64,000 nucleotides of DNA, taken from an uncultured Ignavibacteria bacterium (GTDB lineage: Bacteria > Bacteroidota > Ignavibacteria > Kapaibacteriales > UBA2268). Location of the stretch: the NCBI GenBank assembly GCA_937127445.1, contig CAKZLY010000023.1, forward strand, positions 18,107 to 82,106, in the 5' to 3' direction. How positions within the stretch are numbered: position 1 is the stretch's first letter; each line of letters opens with the position of its first letter. A program made the translations under genes and the position numbers. A model generated the notes under the pieces. It had not been told where the DNA came from. It saw only the letters and a program-made list of their open reading frames with translations, and did no database searches. Of this stretch, positions 29,510-40,317 are shown in pieces.

Positions 29510-29884
29510 GTGCTAACAATTGAAAAGCAGATATTAGTGGTCAATACTATTGTTGACTCGCTTGAAGAGCTTAACAAAATATTGAGAATGAACACAAAAA
29601 TATCCGAACAAATTCATTCAACAATTGGTGAAATTCTCAGGTTTATGGGAAAAGTATTAAAGAATTTACCTGAAATGCTTATTTCTAAAAAGAAGATTAT
29701 GTATAATAAACAAGATATTATTTATTTTTATGACGAAATGATGAAAGCCTGGCAAGATTTTTTTGAAAATCGTGATAATTTTTTCAATTCTTACGAAACT
29801 TTTTCGCTAATATGGAAAGATTATCAAAAATTGCTAAATAATCTTGAAAATAGCGCAACTACAATATATATTTCACTGAATTAA
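29510..29884 (+). CDS. Hypothetical helical protein
   Basis: 124 aa, GTG start with AAGGAG RBS, first of a run of same-strand genes. Confidence 0.65.
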   Translation: MLTIEKQILVVNTIVDSLEELNKILRMNTKISEQIHSTIGEILRFMGKVLKNLPEMLISKKKIMYNKQDIIYFYDEMMKAWQDFFENRDNFFNSYETFSLIWKDYQKLLNNLENSATTIYISLN

Positions 29885-29901
29885 GATAGGATCCTTTAAA
29901 A

Positions 29902-30867
29902 ATGAGTTATTATGGATTTAGAAGATTTAGCCTGTTTCCGCCAGTAATAAAGACTATAATGCTGATAAATGTTATAGTTTTTATTGTTCAGCATTTGATG
30001 CTATCAATTTTTACAATTGGTGGAGTGCCTCTTGATAGGATAATTATTTATTATTTCGCATTGCAACCATTTTTCGATGGTTCTGATATTATCACGAATA
30101 ATACATTCTATATTTGGCAATTACTAACATATCAATTTCTACACGCTAATTTTTGGCATATTTTCTTTAATATGTTTGTTTTGTGGATGTTTGGGACAGA
30201 ACTCGAAGATGAGTGGGGACAAGGTAAATTTTTAGCGTTTTATCTATTATCAGGTATTGGAGCGGGAATAACGCATTTAATTGCAAGCCCAATGTTGGGA
30301 ACAATTGCACCAACTGTGGGTGCGTCGGGAGCAATTTATGGAATTTTGTTAGCTTTTGGGCTTTCCTATCCAGATAGACCAATATATATGTTCCCATTTT
30401 TCATCCCTATTAAAGCTAAAATTTTCGTTATTGTGATGATTGCAATAGAACTAATTTTTGGTTTTTCAGTTAACGACCAGATTGCACGGTTCGCACATTT
30501 AGGTGGAGCAGCAACAGGATTTTTTCTCTTAAAATTCGGTGATAAACTTGGAATTTACGCTGTAGCTGAAAGACTCTTTAGACGAAAAGCACCCAAAAAA
30601 TATGATTTTGATGATTATTTCACACAACGAACCAAGTTTGAGAAAGAACCCAAAGTTTATTCATTCACTAATAAACCCGACAATTTAAACTATACAATTT
30701 GCAAAGAGGAGACACCTTCTTCCACGAAAATTGTAATTACTATTAACGGTGAAAACATTACTCAAAACCAAATTGATGAAATACTTGATAAAATTTCTGC
30801 AAGCGGTTATCAAAGTCTTACAGACAGAGAAAAGCATATCCTTATTGAATTAAGCAAGAAGTTGTAG
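29902..30867 (+). CDS. Rhomboid intramembrane serine protease with a C-terminal soluble tail (DUF6576-like)
   Basis: WQLLTYQFLH, HIFFNM, GASG, AHLGG; tail IDEILDKISASGYQSLT. Confidence 0.93.
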   Translation: MSYYGFRRFSLFPPVIKTIMLINVIVFIVQHLMLSIFTIGGVPLDRIIIYYFALQPFFDGSDIITNNTFYIWQLLTYQFLHANFWHIFFNMFVLWMFGTELEDEWGQGKFLAFYLLSGIGAGITHLIASPMLGTIAPTVGASGAIYGILLAFGLSYPDRPIYMFPFFIPIKAKIFVIVMIAIELIFGFSVNDQIARFAHLGGAATGFFLLKFGDKLGIYAVAERLFRRKAPKKYDFDDYFTQRTKFEKEPKVYSFTNKPDNLNYTICKEETPSSTKIVITINGENITQNQIDEILDKISASGYQSLTDREKHILIELSKKL

Positions 30868-30869
30868 AA

Positions 30870-31925
30870 ATGCAATTTGAAAGAAAAATCACAAAAAAAA
30901 TATTGGTCGGCGACATAGAGATTGGTGGTGGCTCGCCTATCACTATTCAAACAATGACGAAAACAAGAACATCAGATACAATTGCAACCTTGAAACAAAT
31001 TGAACAGGTAGCACTTGCAGGCGCTGATATTGTACGAGTAACAGTAAATGATGAAGAAGCCGCTAATGCAATGAAAGAAATATGCAAGCTTTCCCCTATT
31101 CCAGTAGTTGCAGATATACATTTTAATTACATATTTGCAATGAAATCGATTGAAGCTGGTGTTGCAAAAGTACGAATTAATCCTGGGAATATTGGTTCGA
31201 ACGAAAGAATTAAAAAAGTGCTTGATGCAGCAAAGATAAATAGAATCCCTATTAGAATTGGTGTGAACTCAGGTTCGTTGGAAAAAGATATTTTGGAGAA
31301 GTATGGTCATCCAACAGCAGAGGCTTTGGCTGAAAGTGCTATGCGGCACGTTCAAATAGCAAATGATTTTAATTTTGATGATATATGCATATCTGTAAAA
31401 TCCACAAGTGTGAAGTTAACTATTGAAGCTTATCGATTGTTATCAGAAAAGACTAATTATCCTTTGCATCTGGGAGTTACCGAAGCAGGAACTTTTTTAA
31501 GTGGGACAATAAAATCTGCGGTTGGAATTGGCAGTCTGCTTGCAGAAGGTATAGGCGACACAATCAGGGTTTCATTAACAGACGACCCAGTTCGAGAAGT
31601 CGAAGTTGCACGAGAAATTTTACAATCACTTGACCTAAAAGAAAAATATATTGAAATTATTTCTTGTCCAACTTGTGGTAGATTACAGGTTGATCTAATT
31701 CCAATTGCAAAACAATTGCAGGAAAAAGTTCGTCCTATTAAAAAAAAGATTAAAGTAGCATTAATGGGTTGTGCAGTAAATGGTCCAGGGGAAGCAAAAG
31801 AAGCAGATATTGGAGTTGCTTGCGGCAACGGAGAAGCATTGCTTTTCAAGAAGGGAGAAATAATTGGTAAAATCCCAGAAGAGAAAATATTAGAAATATT
31901 AATAGAAGAAATTGAAAAATACTAA
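30870..31925 (+). CDS. ispG: HMBPP synthase
   Basis: VADIHF, RINPGNIG, RIGVNSGSL, HLGVTEAG, SCPTCGR, MGCAVNGPGE. Confidence 0.98.
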   Translation: MQFERKITKKILVGDIEIGGGSPITIQTMTKTRTSDTIATLKQIEQVALAGADIVRVTVNDEEAANAMKEICKLSPIPVVADIHFNYIFAMKSIEAGVAKVRINPGNIGSNERIKKVLDAAKINRIPIRIGVNSGSLEKDILEKYGHPTAEALAESAMRHVQIANDFNFDDICISVKSTSVKLTIEAYRLLSEKTNYPLHLGVTEAGTFLSGTIKSAVGIGSLLAEGIGDTIRVSLTDDPVREVEVAREILQSLDLKEKYIEIISCPTCGRLQVDLIPIAKQLQEKVRPIKKKIKVALMGCAVNGPGEAKEADIGVACGNGEALLFKKGEIIGKIPEEKILEILIEEIEKY

Positions 31926-31940
31926 TCATAAAGGTGAAAT

Positions 31941-32396
31941 ATGCCTTTTAAAAACATTCTAATACCGACTGATTTTTTCGAGGGATTTGAAGTAGCATTA
32001 GAATATGCTAAAAAAATTGCAGAGTGTGGCAATTCTACTTTGCATATTCTGCACGTTATTGAACCGTCGTTGTATCCATCTGATATGGGATTCGGTCATT
32101 TAAGTTATGTTGATATAGAAAAAGAATTAATGAATAGCTCAAAATCAGAAATAGAAAAGATTGAACAATCATTATCTGCTGAAAATTATAAGGTTAAGAC
32201 AACAATACTTTTCGGTAGAGCTTCTGACCAAATAGTTGAATATGCCAAAAACAATAATATCGACATAATTTGCATTACAACCACGGGCAGAAGTTCATTC
32301 GATAGGTTTATTTTTGGTAGCACTACCGAAAAAGTATTACGCAAAGCAGAATGTCCGGTTTTATCGATTAAAATACCAGTAAAATCAAATGATTAA
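31941..32396 (+). CDS. Universal stress protein
   Basis: KNILIPTDF, LHV, GRSSFDRFIFGSTTEKVLRKAECPVL. Confidence 0.93.
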   Translation: MPFKNILIPTDFFEGFEVALEYAKKIAECGNSTLHILHVIEPSLYPSDMGFGHLSYVDIEKELMNSSKSEIEKIEQSLSAENYKVKTTILFGRASDQIVEYAKNNNIDIICITTTGRSSFDRFIFGSTTEKVLRKAECPVLSIKIPVKSND

Positions 32397-32982
32397 GAAT
32401 ATTGTTATTGACTTTGGGAATGTTATCTATAAAGTTGATTTGCTTGCAGCACACAGAAAGTATTATGAAATTGCTAAAAGCACTGGTGTATTACTCGATT
32501 TCAATATTTTAAATGGTATAATAGATAAATATGAATGCGGTAAAATAAATACAAATGAATTTAGAAATAATATCAGGAATTTGCTTCGTTGGAAAGCATC
32601 AGATGAAGAATTTGATTTAGTATGGAATAGTATATTAATCGAACCATTTGAATATTCGGAAGAAGCAATAAATAAACTTTCAGAAAAATGTAATCTATAT
32701 TTGCTCAGCAACACAAGTCCATTGCATTACGAGAGATTTTATAATGAAATGAAGCAAATTTTTAATAAGTTCAATAAACTATATTTTTCATTTCAAGTAG
32801 GATATAAAAAGCCTTCCGCTCCGATATACAAACACACCCTTAGAGAATCACAAATAATCGCACAAGAAACAATATTCCTTGATGATATTCAAGAAAATAT
32901 TGATAAGTTCGTTTTGTTAGGTGTTCAGGGAATTAAAATTTCAGACAATTTTACATTAAAAGATTTTGCATTAAGTTTTTAA
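32389..32982 (+). CDS. HAD-family phosphatase (YihX-like)
   Basis: IDFGNV, LLSNT, KKP, FLDD. Confidence 0.88.
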   Translation: MIKNIVIDFGNVIYKVDLLAAHRKYYEIAKSTGVLLDFNILNGIIDKYECGKINTNEFRNNIRNLLRWKASDEEFDLVWNSILIEPFEYSEEAINKLSEKCNLYLLSNTSPLHYERFYNEMKQIFNKFNKLYFSFQVGYKKPSAPIYKHTLRESQIIAQETIFLDDIQENIDKFVLLGVQGIKISDNFTLKDFALSF

Positions 32983-33031
32983 TTTTTACATATTTTCATT
33001 ATTTTTGTATTTATTTAATCGAAAAATAATT

Positions 33032-33784
33032 ATGATTGTATTAATTACCGGTGCTACATCCGGAATTGGGAGGGCTTGTTGCTACGAATTTGCATCGAAA
33101 GGTGCAGATTTAATTATTTTAGCACGCCGCAAAGAGAAACTCAATGAAATTGCATCTGATATTCAAAGCAAATTCAATGTCAAAGTGATTACTCGTGTAT
33201 GTGATGTTCGGCACTTTCAGCAAGTGAAAGAAACTATTGATAGTTTGCCTGCCGAATGGAAAGCAATTGATGTATTAATTAATAATGCGGGACTAGCGAG
33301 AGGATTAGAGAAAATCCAGGATGGATTTATTGAGAAATGGGAAGAAATGATAGATACTAACGTAAAAGGACTATTATACGTAACTCGTTGTATATTGCCG
33401 ATAATGATTGAAAGAAATTATGGTGATATTATTAATATTGGTTCAATTGCAGGACACGAGGTTTATCCAGGAGGCAACGTATATTGTGGCACAAAATTTG
33501 CGGAACGTGCAATCTCGAAAGGAATGACTATTGACACAAATGGTTATAATATTAGAGTATGTAGTATAGACCCAGGGATGGTTGAAACTGAATTCTCATT
33601 GGTTAGGTTTGATAACGATGCAGAGCGTGCTGCAAATGTTTATAAAGGACTTGAAGCACTGAAAGGCAAAGATATTGCTCGAATTGCTTCATTTATTGTG
33701 CAACAACCACGCCACGTAAATATTCAAAGCATTGTGTTGACACCAACACAGCAGGCGACTGCAACTATTGTTTCGAGGAAATAA
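33032..33784 (+). CDS. SDR oxidoreductase (YdfG-like)
   Basis: TGATSGIG, NNAGLARG, YCGTK, IDPGMVETEFS. Confidence 0.93.
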   Translation: MIVLITGATSGIGRACCYEFASKGADLIILARRKEKLNEIASDIQSKFNVKVITRVCDVRHFQQVKETIDSLPAEWKAIDVLINNAGLARGLEKIQDGFIEKWEEMIDTNVKGLLYVTRCILPIMIERNYGDIINIGSIAGHEVYPGGNVYCGTKFAERAISKGMTIDTNGYNIRVCSIDPGMVETEFSLVRFDNDAERAANVYKGLEALKGKDIARIASFIVQQPRHVNIQSIVLTPTQQATATIVSRK

Positions 33785-33805
33785 TAATATTATTAGAAGG
33801 ATACA

Positions 33806-35176
33806 ATGAAAGAGTTATTAAGTTTTATTGAAAACAATCAGGAAAAGCATTTAGAACAGCTCAAAGAATTTTTAAAGCTAAAAAGCATTAGCGCTGAGCC
33901 AGAATATAAAGAAGAAGTTCGTCGAACTGCGATGTGGCTCAAAATACATTTATCAAAAATCGGTTTCGAAAAAACTCAAATTTTCGAAACAAAGGGACAT
34001 CCGATAGTATATGCAGAATGGCTCGGAGCAGGAAATAATGCCAAGACCGTTCTCATTTATGGTCATTACGATGTTCAACCAGTGGATCCAATTGAAGAAT
34101 GGAATACTCCACCGTTTGAGCCAACTGTAATTGACAATAAATTATATGCGCGTGGAACAGCAGACGACAAAGGGCAAATTTTTGCACATATCAAGGGAAT
34201 TGAAGCACATTTCCAAACTTATGGGAAGCTACCTGTCAATGTTAAATTGCTTATTGAAGGTGAAGAAGAAGCTGGCAGCGGTAACTTAGATGAATTCATT
34301 GCAAATAATAAAGATATATTAAAATGCGATACAGTACTGATCTCCGATACTGAATGGTATACTTTTGGACTACCTTCGATTTGTTATGCTCTTAGGGGTA
34401 TTTCCTTTGTTGAAATAAAAGTAATTGGCCCAAATCGTGACTTGCATTCCGGTTCATATGGGGGTGCAGTTGATAATCCAATCTTTGTATTAGCAAAAAT
34501 GCTTACAAAGCTCAAAGACGAAAGGGGTAAAATTATAATACCTGGTTTTTATGATGATGTTGTCAAAGTAAGCGAAGAAGAACGTAAGCATTTCAAAAAC
34601 CTTCCATTTTCTGAAGATGAGCTTAAAAAAAGTATTGAAGTCGAAGAATTATCTGGTGAGATAGATTTCAGTGTATTAGAAAGAATTTGGATAAGACCAA
34701 GCATTGATGTCAATGGAATAAAAGGTGGTTATATTGGCGAAGGTATGAAAACAATTATTCCATCAGAGGCATCAGCAAAAATTTCTATGAGGCTTGTTCC
34801 GAACCAAAATCCGCAAGATATTACTGAAAAACTCTCTAAATATTTGATTTCAATTGCTCCTAAAAGTGTCAAAATCATTGTAAATCCAGCACACGGTGGC
34901 AACCCAGTGATTACACCAATTGATAGCCCTGGAATTAAAGCAGCAGTTAAAGCCCTGGAAGCAGCTTTTAATAAGAAACCTGTTTTTATGAGAGAAGGTG
35001 GTTCTATTCCAGTAACTGACACTTTTTCTAAAATGTTGGGCGCCCCACCAGTTTTAATGGGACTTGGTTTGCCAGATGATAATATTCATGCACCGAATGA
35101 AAAAATTAACTTAGAGAACTTTTTTGGTGGAATAAAAGCATCAGCTGTCTTTTTAAGCGAATATTCTAAATTATAA
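33806..35176 (+). CDS. M20 family dipeptidase
   Basis: YGHYDVQP, ARGTADDKG, EGEEEAGS, DLHSG, GGSIP, HAPNE. Confidence 0.95.
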   Translation: MKELLSFIENNQEKHLEQLKEFLKLKSISAEPEYKEEVRRTAMWLKIHLSKIGFEKTQIFETKGHPIVYAEWLGAGNNAKTVLIYGHYDVQPVDPIEEWNTPPFEPTVIDNKLYARGTADDKGQIFAHIKGIEAHFQTYGKLPVNVKLLIEGEEEAGSGNLDEFIANNKDILKCDTVLISDTEWYTFGLPSICYALRGISFVEIKVIGPNRDLHSGSYGGAVDNPIFVLAKMLTKLKDERGKIIIPGFYDDVVKVSEEERKHFKNLPFSEDELKKSIEVEELSGEIDFSVLERIWIRPSIDVNGIKGGYIGEGMKTIIPSEASAKISMRLVPNQNPQDITEKLSKYLISIAPKSVKIIVNPAHGGNPVITPIDSPGIKAAVKALEAAFNKKPVFMREGGSIPVTDTFSKMLGAPPVLMGLGLPDDNIHAPNEKINLENFFGGIKASAVFLSEYSKL

Positions 35177-35188
35177 AGGTTCGTTAAT

Positions 35189-35220
35189 ATATTTTATATT
35201 TTATATTTTATATTTTATAT
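35189..35220. repeat. Heptanucleotide tandem repeat (ATATTTT) x about 4.6
   Basis: ATATTTT four times plus ATAT, read directly. Confidence 0.9.
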
Positions 35221-35221
35221 G

Positions 35222-35252
35222 GGTGATTGAAATTATTTCAGTCACCTTTTTT
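35222..35252 (+). terminator. Intrinsic terminator
   Basis: GGTGATTGAAAT-T-ATTTCAGTCACC followed by TTTTTT. Confidence 0.8.
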
Positions 35253-35339
35253 ATTGATTGCCTGTAAGAAAATAAAACATATATGTTGTTTTTGCGTCTA
35301 CTTTTTATTGTAGTTTTAATTATTGATTAGATATTGCAA

Positions 35340-37139
35340 ATGAGAAAAATAATCTTTTTAATATTAATCGCTTTGGCTCAAAATTGTTTATTTGCTCAGA
35401 CGGCGTTAGAGCAAAGATTGCGGCTTGCTGAAACGTATGAGAAAAGCGGGGATATAAATAATGCTGCAAGAATTTTTGAAGAATTATATAAAGAAAATAG
35501 TAATAATCAAATTATCTTTGAAGGATTGGTAAGAAATTTTTCTTCTCTTAATAGATATAGTGAATTGCTTCAATATGTTAAGGAAAAATACGACAAGCAA
35601 AAAGATATTATAACTTCAAGCGTTTATGCTGAACTATTATGGAGGACCGGTAGCACAAATGATGCAAATAAAGTATGGGACAAAGCAATAAGTGATTATT
35701 CCCAAAATCCGCTTGTTTATGAGCAAATTTCTAATTCTATGATACAAATGAGATTGTTCGACAAAGCAATTTCAGTTTTAAAGCAAGGGCGAAAGAATTT
35801 AAACAACAATGTTATTTTCTCTGAAAATTTAAGCAAACTTTATATTGCAATCGGGGACTACAAAAACGGATTAACTGAGATTTTATCCCAGTTTCAAGTC
35901 AATTGGAATTTGGCAATTACGCAAGGCAGAATATATGCATTATTAATAAATGAAGAAGCTGACAAATATATTTTAAATGAATTAATAAAATTAGCTAATA
36001 ATAACAGCAACAACATAATTGCTCAAGAATTGCTTGCTTGGTTTTATAGAACAACTGACAAATTAGATCAAGCACTTGATTTATTCAAAAATATTGATAG
36101 ATTAAAGAAAGCAAACGGTGCAGAAATATTAAGATTTGCTGAGGAATGCCGTCGAGATGGGCAATTCGACGTAGCAATGAAGGCTTATGGTATTGTAATT
36201 GATCTTGGGAAGAACCACCCGTTAATTCATTCTGCTTTGTATGGATATACAAGAACGTTAGAACAAAAGGTAATGGCTCAAAAGCAAATCTCCAAAGAAT
36301 CGGCAAACGAATTAATTACAAAATATAAAAGTATTATCAAGGAATTCCCCAATACACAGCAAGCAACAGAGAGTAGGCTTAGAATTGCTTATATTCTATC
36401 GAACTATTTAAGTAATTATGATGATGCAATTAAAGAACTCAATACTGCTATTTCTGAACGACCACGGACAAATATTGCTGCGTCTGCAACTATTGATTTG
36501 GCAAATATTTACATTAATCTGGGAAAATTCGAAGATGCAACTGCTATTCTGAATAATTTTATTAAAAACAATTCGAACAATTTTCAAAGTTTTGCTAATA
36601 AAGCGAACTTTCTAATAGCCGAAATTTCTTTTTTTAATGGATTATTGGATACAGCACTCAAACAATATGCAAATTTGATAATTATACCTGAAACCGATAT
36701 TGCTAATGCATCTTTAAATAGAATTGTTTTAATTGAGCAAAACAAACAATATACAAAAGCACTTTCGACATTTGCCCGTGCTGAATTCGAGGAACGAAGG
36801 AATAATCTGAAAGAAGCAATAGAATTGTATTCGACTACTGCTAATTTATCCTCGGGAACTGAATTATTTGAATTAGCCTTAAAAAAGCAAATAGAGATGG
36901 AATTTCTAAATGAAGAATATCAATCAGTGATTAAAACAGTTGATTATTTATTGCAAAAGGTTCCCGATTCAATTTATGGAGATTTTGCACTGTTAAGAAA
37001 AGCCGATGCGCTTGTGTTAATGAACAACAAGCAAAATGCTTTAAACTTATATACAGAAATTTTGTCAAAATATCCACTTTCGATTTATTTACCAGAAATT
37101 AGAGAAAAAATCAAAAGTTTGAGAAATGAAACTATATAA
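35340..37139 (+). CDS. Exported TPR-repeat protein
   Basis: Signal peptide, many TPR-like helices, BamD/CpoB-like 'IIKEFPNT' and 'ILSKYPLS' turns. Confidence 0.88.
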   Translation: MRKIIFLILIALAQNCLFAQTALEQRLRLAETYEKSGDINNAARIFEELYKENSNNQIIFEGLVRNFSSLNRYSELLQYVKEKYDKQKDIITSSVYAELLWRTGSTNDANKVWDKAISDYSQNPLVYEQISNSMIQMRLFDKAISVLKQGRKNLNNNVIFSENLSKLYIAIGDYKNGLTEILSQFQVNWNLAITQGRIYALLINEEADKYILNELIKLANNNSNNIIAQELLAWFYRTTDKLDQALDLFKNIDRLKKANGAEILRFAEECRRDGQFDVAMKAYGIVIDLGKNHPLIHSALYGYTRTLEQKVMAQKQISKESANELITKYKSIIKEFPNTQQATESRLRIAYILSNYLSNYDDAIKELNTAISERPRTNIAASATIDLANIYINLGKFEDATAILNNFIKNNSNNFQSFANKANFLIAEISFFNGLLDTALKQYANLIIIPETDIANASLNRIVLIEQNKQYTKALSTFARAEFEERRNNLKEAIELYSTTANLSSGTELFELALKKQIEMEFLNEEYQSVIKTVDYLLQKVPDSIYGDFALLRKADALVLMNNKQNALNLYTEILSKYPLSIYLPEIREKIKSLRNETI

Positions 37140-38496
37140 TTCTGATAGATTTCGATATTTAATACTTTTTTTCTTAATTACAATTTTTATAGCAAGTTTT
37201 CAGTCTCTTGAAGCCAAAAAGAAGAAAAAAGTCAGTAGGAAATGTCCTCCAATTTCACACATTTTTATTCAAGATACTATTCTTGGCGAAGGGATATATT
37301 TTCAAAGAGCAATAATTAATTATAACTGCAACAGACACGACACTTATATTATCAAAGCACATTTGAAAGAATGTAATTGCACACCAACGGTTATGAAAGC
37401 TAAAGAGAATATCACTGCTCTGGATAAATTATCAAATATTATTCAATACTACGATTCTTTGTATCAAGAAAATATTTATGGAGCAGTAAATGCGAATTTT
37501 TGGCGAGCCTATTCGAATTTTCCTATTGGACCAGTTATTGTTAACGGTGAGGTAGTACAACTTCATAGTTACAAAGAATGGAGTTCAATACTATTTAATA
37601 CTTCTGGAACACCATTTATTGATAATTTTAAAATATCTGGAGAAATAATTCTTAACAATAGGAATAAGTTTAGAATTCAAGATGTTAATAGAAGAACAGA
37701 TTCGAGCGGTATTGTTATTTACAACAAGTTTAGCAGCTCTAAGATACCCGAATTAAATATACAAAAAATAGAAGAAACTATTTCACAAATTAAAGACAAT
37801 TCAGAAGAAATAATATATAATGATTCAACAGAAGCGGAATTTAACCTTGAATCTATGAAAGAGGAATTAATCAAGACAGAATTGATGAATTCAATTGAAT
37901 TTTCCACGCCTAAAATAAGTGTAATGTATCTCAACGAACCAACAATTAATTCTGAAATTAATTGTTTAGTAATAGAAAAGGCATTTAATGTTATTAATAT
38001 GCCACAAAATGGTTGTATTGTGTCTTTTGGTCAGGATTTCGGAAGTAAACAACTGCCAAATGTTGGTGATACAATAAAAATTAAATTTTCAACAAACGTC
38101 CAGAAAAAGCAAATTTTCACTGATGGAGTATGTGGAACACCTCGCTTGATTCGTAAGGGCATTGCTGAACACGAGGCACAAAAAGAAGGTTCGAAAGGCA
38201 AGAGATTTATTCAAAAGAATTTACCCAGAACAGCCATCGGTTACAATAGAAAGAAAGATATAATTTATTTAGTTGCAATCAAACCAACTAACCCATCAGA
38301 AAAAACGGTAGGAGCAAATTTAACAGCATTATCAAGAATTATGAAATATATTGGTTGTTACGATGCAATGAATTTAGATGGCGGCGGATCAACAATAATG
38401 GTAATAAATGGCAAAAATATATTAAATAGAGAAAATCCCTATTCCTCGCGTAAAATATCTGTGGGAATAGGGATTAAAAGTATAGAGAAAAATTAA
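37126..38496 (+). CDS. Phosphodiester glycosidase (NAGPA) family protein
   Basis: AVNANFW, GTPRLI, PRTAIG, AMNLDGGGST; N-terminal signal. Confidence 0.88.
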   Translation: MKLYNSDRFRYLILFFLITIFIASFQSLEAKKKKKVSRKCPPISHIFIQDTILGEGIYFQRAIINYNCNRHDTYIIKAHLKECNCTPTVMKAKENITALDKLSNIIQYYDSLYQENIYGAVNANFWRAYSNFPIGPVIVNGEVVQLHSYKEWSSILFNTSGTPFIDNFKISGEIILNNRNKFRIQDVNRRTDSSGIVIYNKFSSSKIPELNIQKIEETISQIKDNSEEIIYNDSTEAEFNLESMKEELIKTELMNSIEFSTPKISVMYLNEPTINSEINCLVIEKAFNVINMPQNGCIVSFGQDFGSKQLPNVGDTIKIKFSTNVQKKQIFTDGVCGTPRLIRKGIAEHEAQKEGSKGKRFIQKNLPRTAIGYNRKKDIIYLVAIKPTNPSEKTVGANLTALSRIMKYIGCYDAMNLDGGGSTIMVINGKNILNRENPYSSRKISVGIGIKSIEKN

Positions 38497-40301
38497 TCTT
38501 CGTTATACATTCGATTAATAATTTCAGCGTAATTTCTTTCGACAATGTGCCTTTTGATACTCATTTTAGGGCTTAATTCACCATTTTCAACACTAAAAGG
38601 CTTGCTAAGAAGAGAAAATTTTCTGATTTTTTCGAATTTGGATAAGTCTTTTTGATAAAAATCAATTTCCTTCTTGATATGTTGAATAATTTTGTCGTTA
38701 ATAATAAGTTCTTCTTCACTGTTATATGAAATTCCAAGGTCTGACGCTAATTGTTTAAGTTGCTCGAAATTAGGAGTAAGTAGAGCAGTACAATATTCCC
38801 TTCTTTCCCCTATTAGAACACATTGATCAATATATTTACTTTGAGAGAGTAGATTTTCGATAGGTTGTGGTGCAATATTTTTTCCTCCACTCGATACAAA
38901 AATATTTTTCTTCCTATCAGTAATTTTCAAATTTCCTTTTTTAGTGAAAACAGCAATGTCGCCAGTATAGAGCCAGCCATCTGAATCAATTGCTTCTTGT
39001 GTTGCTAATTCGTCTTTCCAATATCCTTTCATTACATTAGGTCCACGAACCAACATTTCACCGTCGTCAGCCAGGACAACCTCAACATTATCTAATGGCA
39101 CACCAATAGTTCCAAGCTCTGGGTTATCTTCTCTGTTTAAAGAAACAACAGGAGATGCTTCTGTCAGGCCGTAACCTTCATAAACTTTGATTCCCATTGC
39201 CCAAAAGAACTCTGCAACATCAACCGGCAAAGCTGCACCGCCTGAAACCATTCTGTTTAGCCTGCCACCAAGTTTCTCGCGTAACTTAGAAAAAACAAGT
39301 TTGTCGGCCAAACTATATTGTGTTTTTAAAATAGGATTATTTTTGTTGTTCAAGCTACTTCTAACATATTTAACTCCAACAGAAACAGCCCAATTGAATA
39401 TTTTTTTCTTGATAGGAGATTCCTTGTCCATAGCAAAATATATTTTTTTCTTGATTGTTTCAAGCAATTTAGGAACTGTTGTCATAAAAGTAGGTCGTAT
39501 TTCTTTAATGTTGGAGGCGACAGTATCAATAGATTCTGCAAGAGCAATTTCAGCACCCCCAAGAAAGAATGCGTAGAAACCAGCAGTTCGTTCGTAAGCG
39601 TGACACAATGGCAAATATGAGAGAGAAACATCTTTACATACATCACCACCAAACGCTTTTAGTGATGCAATTGCGTTAGATACTACGTTTTTGTGAGTAA
39701 GCATAACACCTTTGGGATTGCCAGTAGTACCACTTGTGTAGATTATAGTAAGTAAATCATCTTCATTTACTTTATTGCAACAATCTAAAATTATTTCATC
39801 TCTCTCATGTTTATTTCGCAGAAACGCACCACGTTCAAGAAGTTCAGCAATAGAACGCACAAAGACGTTTTTCTTGTCGTAATCATCATTCATTACGATA
39901 ATGTGCCTCAACGACGGGATATTATCTTTAAATTCAAGAACTTTTTTTAGCTGGAAATTGTTTGAAACTATAATTGCAGAAACTTCACTATGAGAGAAAA
40001 TATATTCTTCTTGCTTTGCAGTAAGAATCGGGAAAATTGGTACATCAATAGCACCAATAAGTGATATTGCAAAAGAAGAAATAATCCATTCAATACGATT
40101 TTCTGATGCAATACCAATTTTATCGCCTTTGTGAATACCAAGTTCCATAAAGGCAAGCGCTAAACTAAATACTTTATCTCGCAGTTGTTCGTAATTCAAG
40201 TTAATCCATTCATCATTTTGTTTGTATCGGAACGAAATTTTGCTACTCCCCCATTTATCACAAGTTTTGTTAAACAATTCAGGAATGGTTAAATATTTCA
40301 T
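38493..40301 (-). CDS. Long-chain fatty acyl-CoA synthetase
   Basis: IIYTSGTTGNPKGVMLTH, YLPLCHAYER, GYGLTE, TGD, DRKK. Confidence 0.95.
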   Translation of the reverse strand: MKYLTIPELFNKTCDKWGSSKISFRYKQNDEWINLNYEQLRDKVFSLALAFMELGIHKGDKIGIASENRIEWIISSFAISLIGAIDVPIFPILTAKQEEYIFSHSEVSAIIVSNNFQLKKVLEFKDNIPSLRHIIVMNDDYDKKNVFVRSIAELLERGAFLRNKHERDEIILDCCNKVNEDDLLTIIYTSGTTGNPKGVMLTHKNVVSNAIASLKAFGGDVCKDVSLSYLPLCHAYERTAGFYAFFLGGAEIALAESIDTVASNIKEIRPTFMTTVPKLLETIKKKIYFAMDKESPIKKKIFNWAVSVGVKYVRSSLNNKNNPILKTQYSLADKLVFSKLREKLGGRLNRMVSGGAALPVDVAEFFWAMGIKVYEGYGLTEASPVVSLNREDNPELGTIGVPLDNVEVVLADDGEMLVRGPNVMKGYWKDELATQEAIDSDGWLYTGDIAVFTKKGNLKITDRKKNIFVSSGGKNIAPQPIENLLSQSKYIDQCVLIGERREYCTALLTPNFEQLKQLASDLGISYNSEEELIINDKIIQHIKKEIDFYQKDLSKFEKIRKFSLLSKPFSVENGELSPKMSIKRHIVERNYAEIINRMYNED

Positions 40302-40317
40302 TTTCTACTCTCTCAAA

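Noticed and set aside
29220-29520. tRNA-Gly as a possible integration site, with the umuD-like gene as cargo
   Set aside because: No integrase, no duplicated tRNA 3' end and no composition shift seen.
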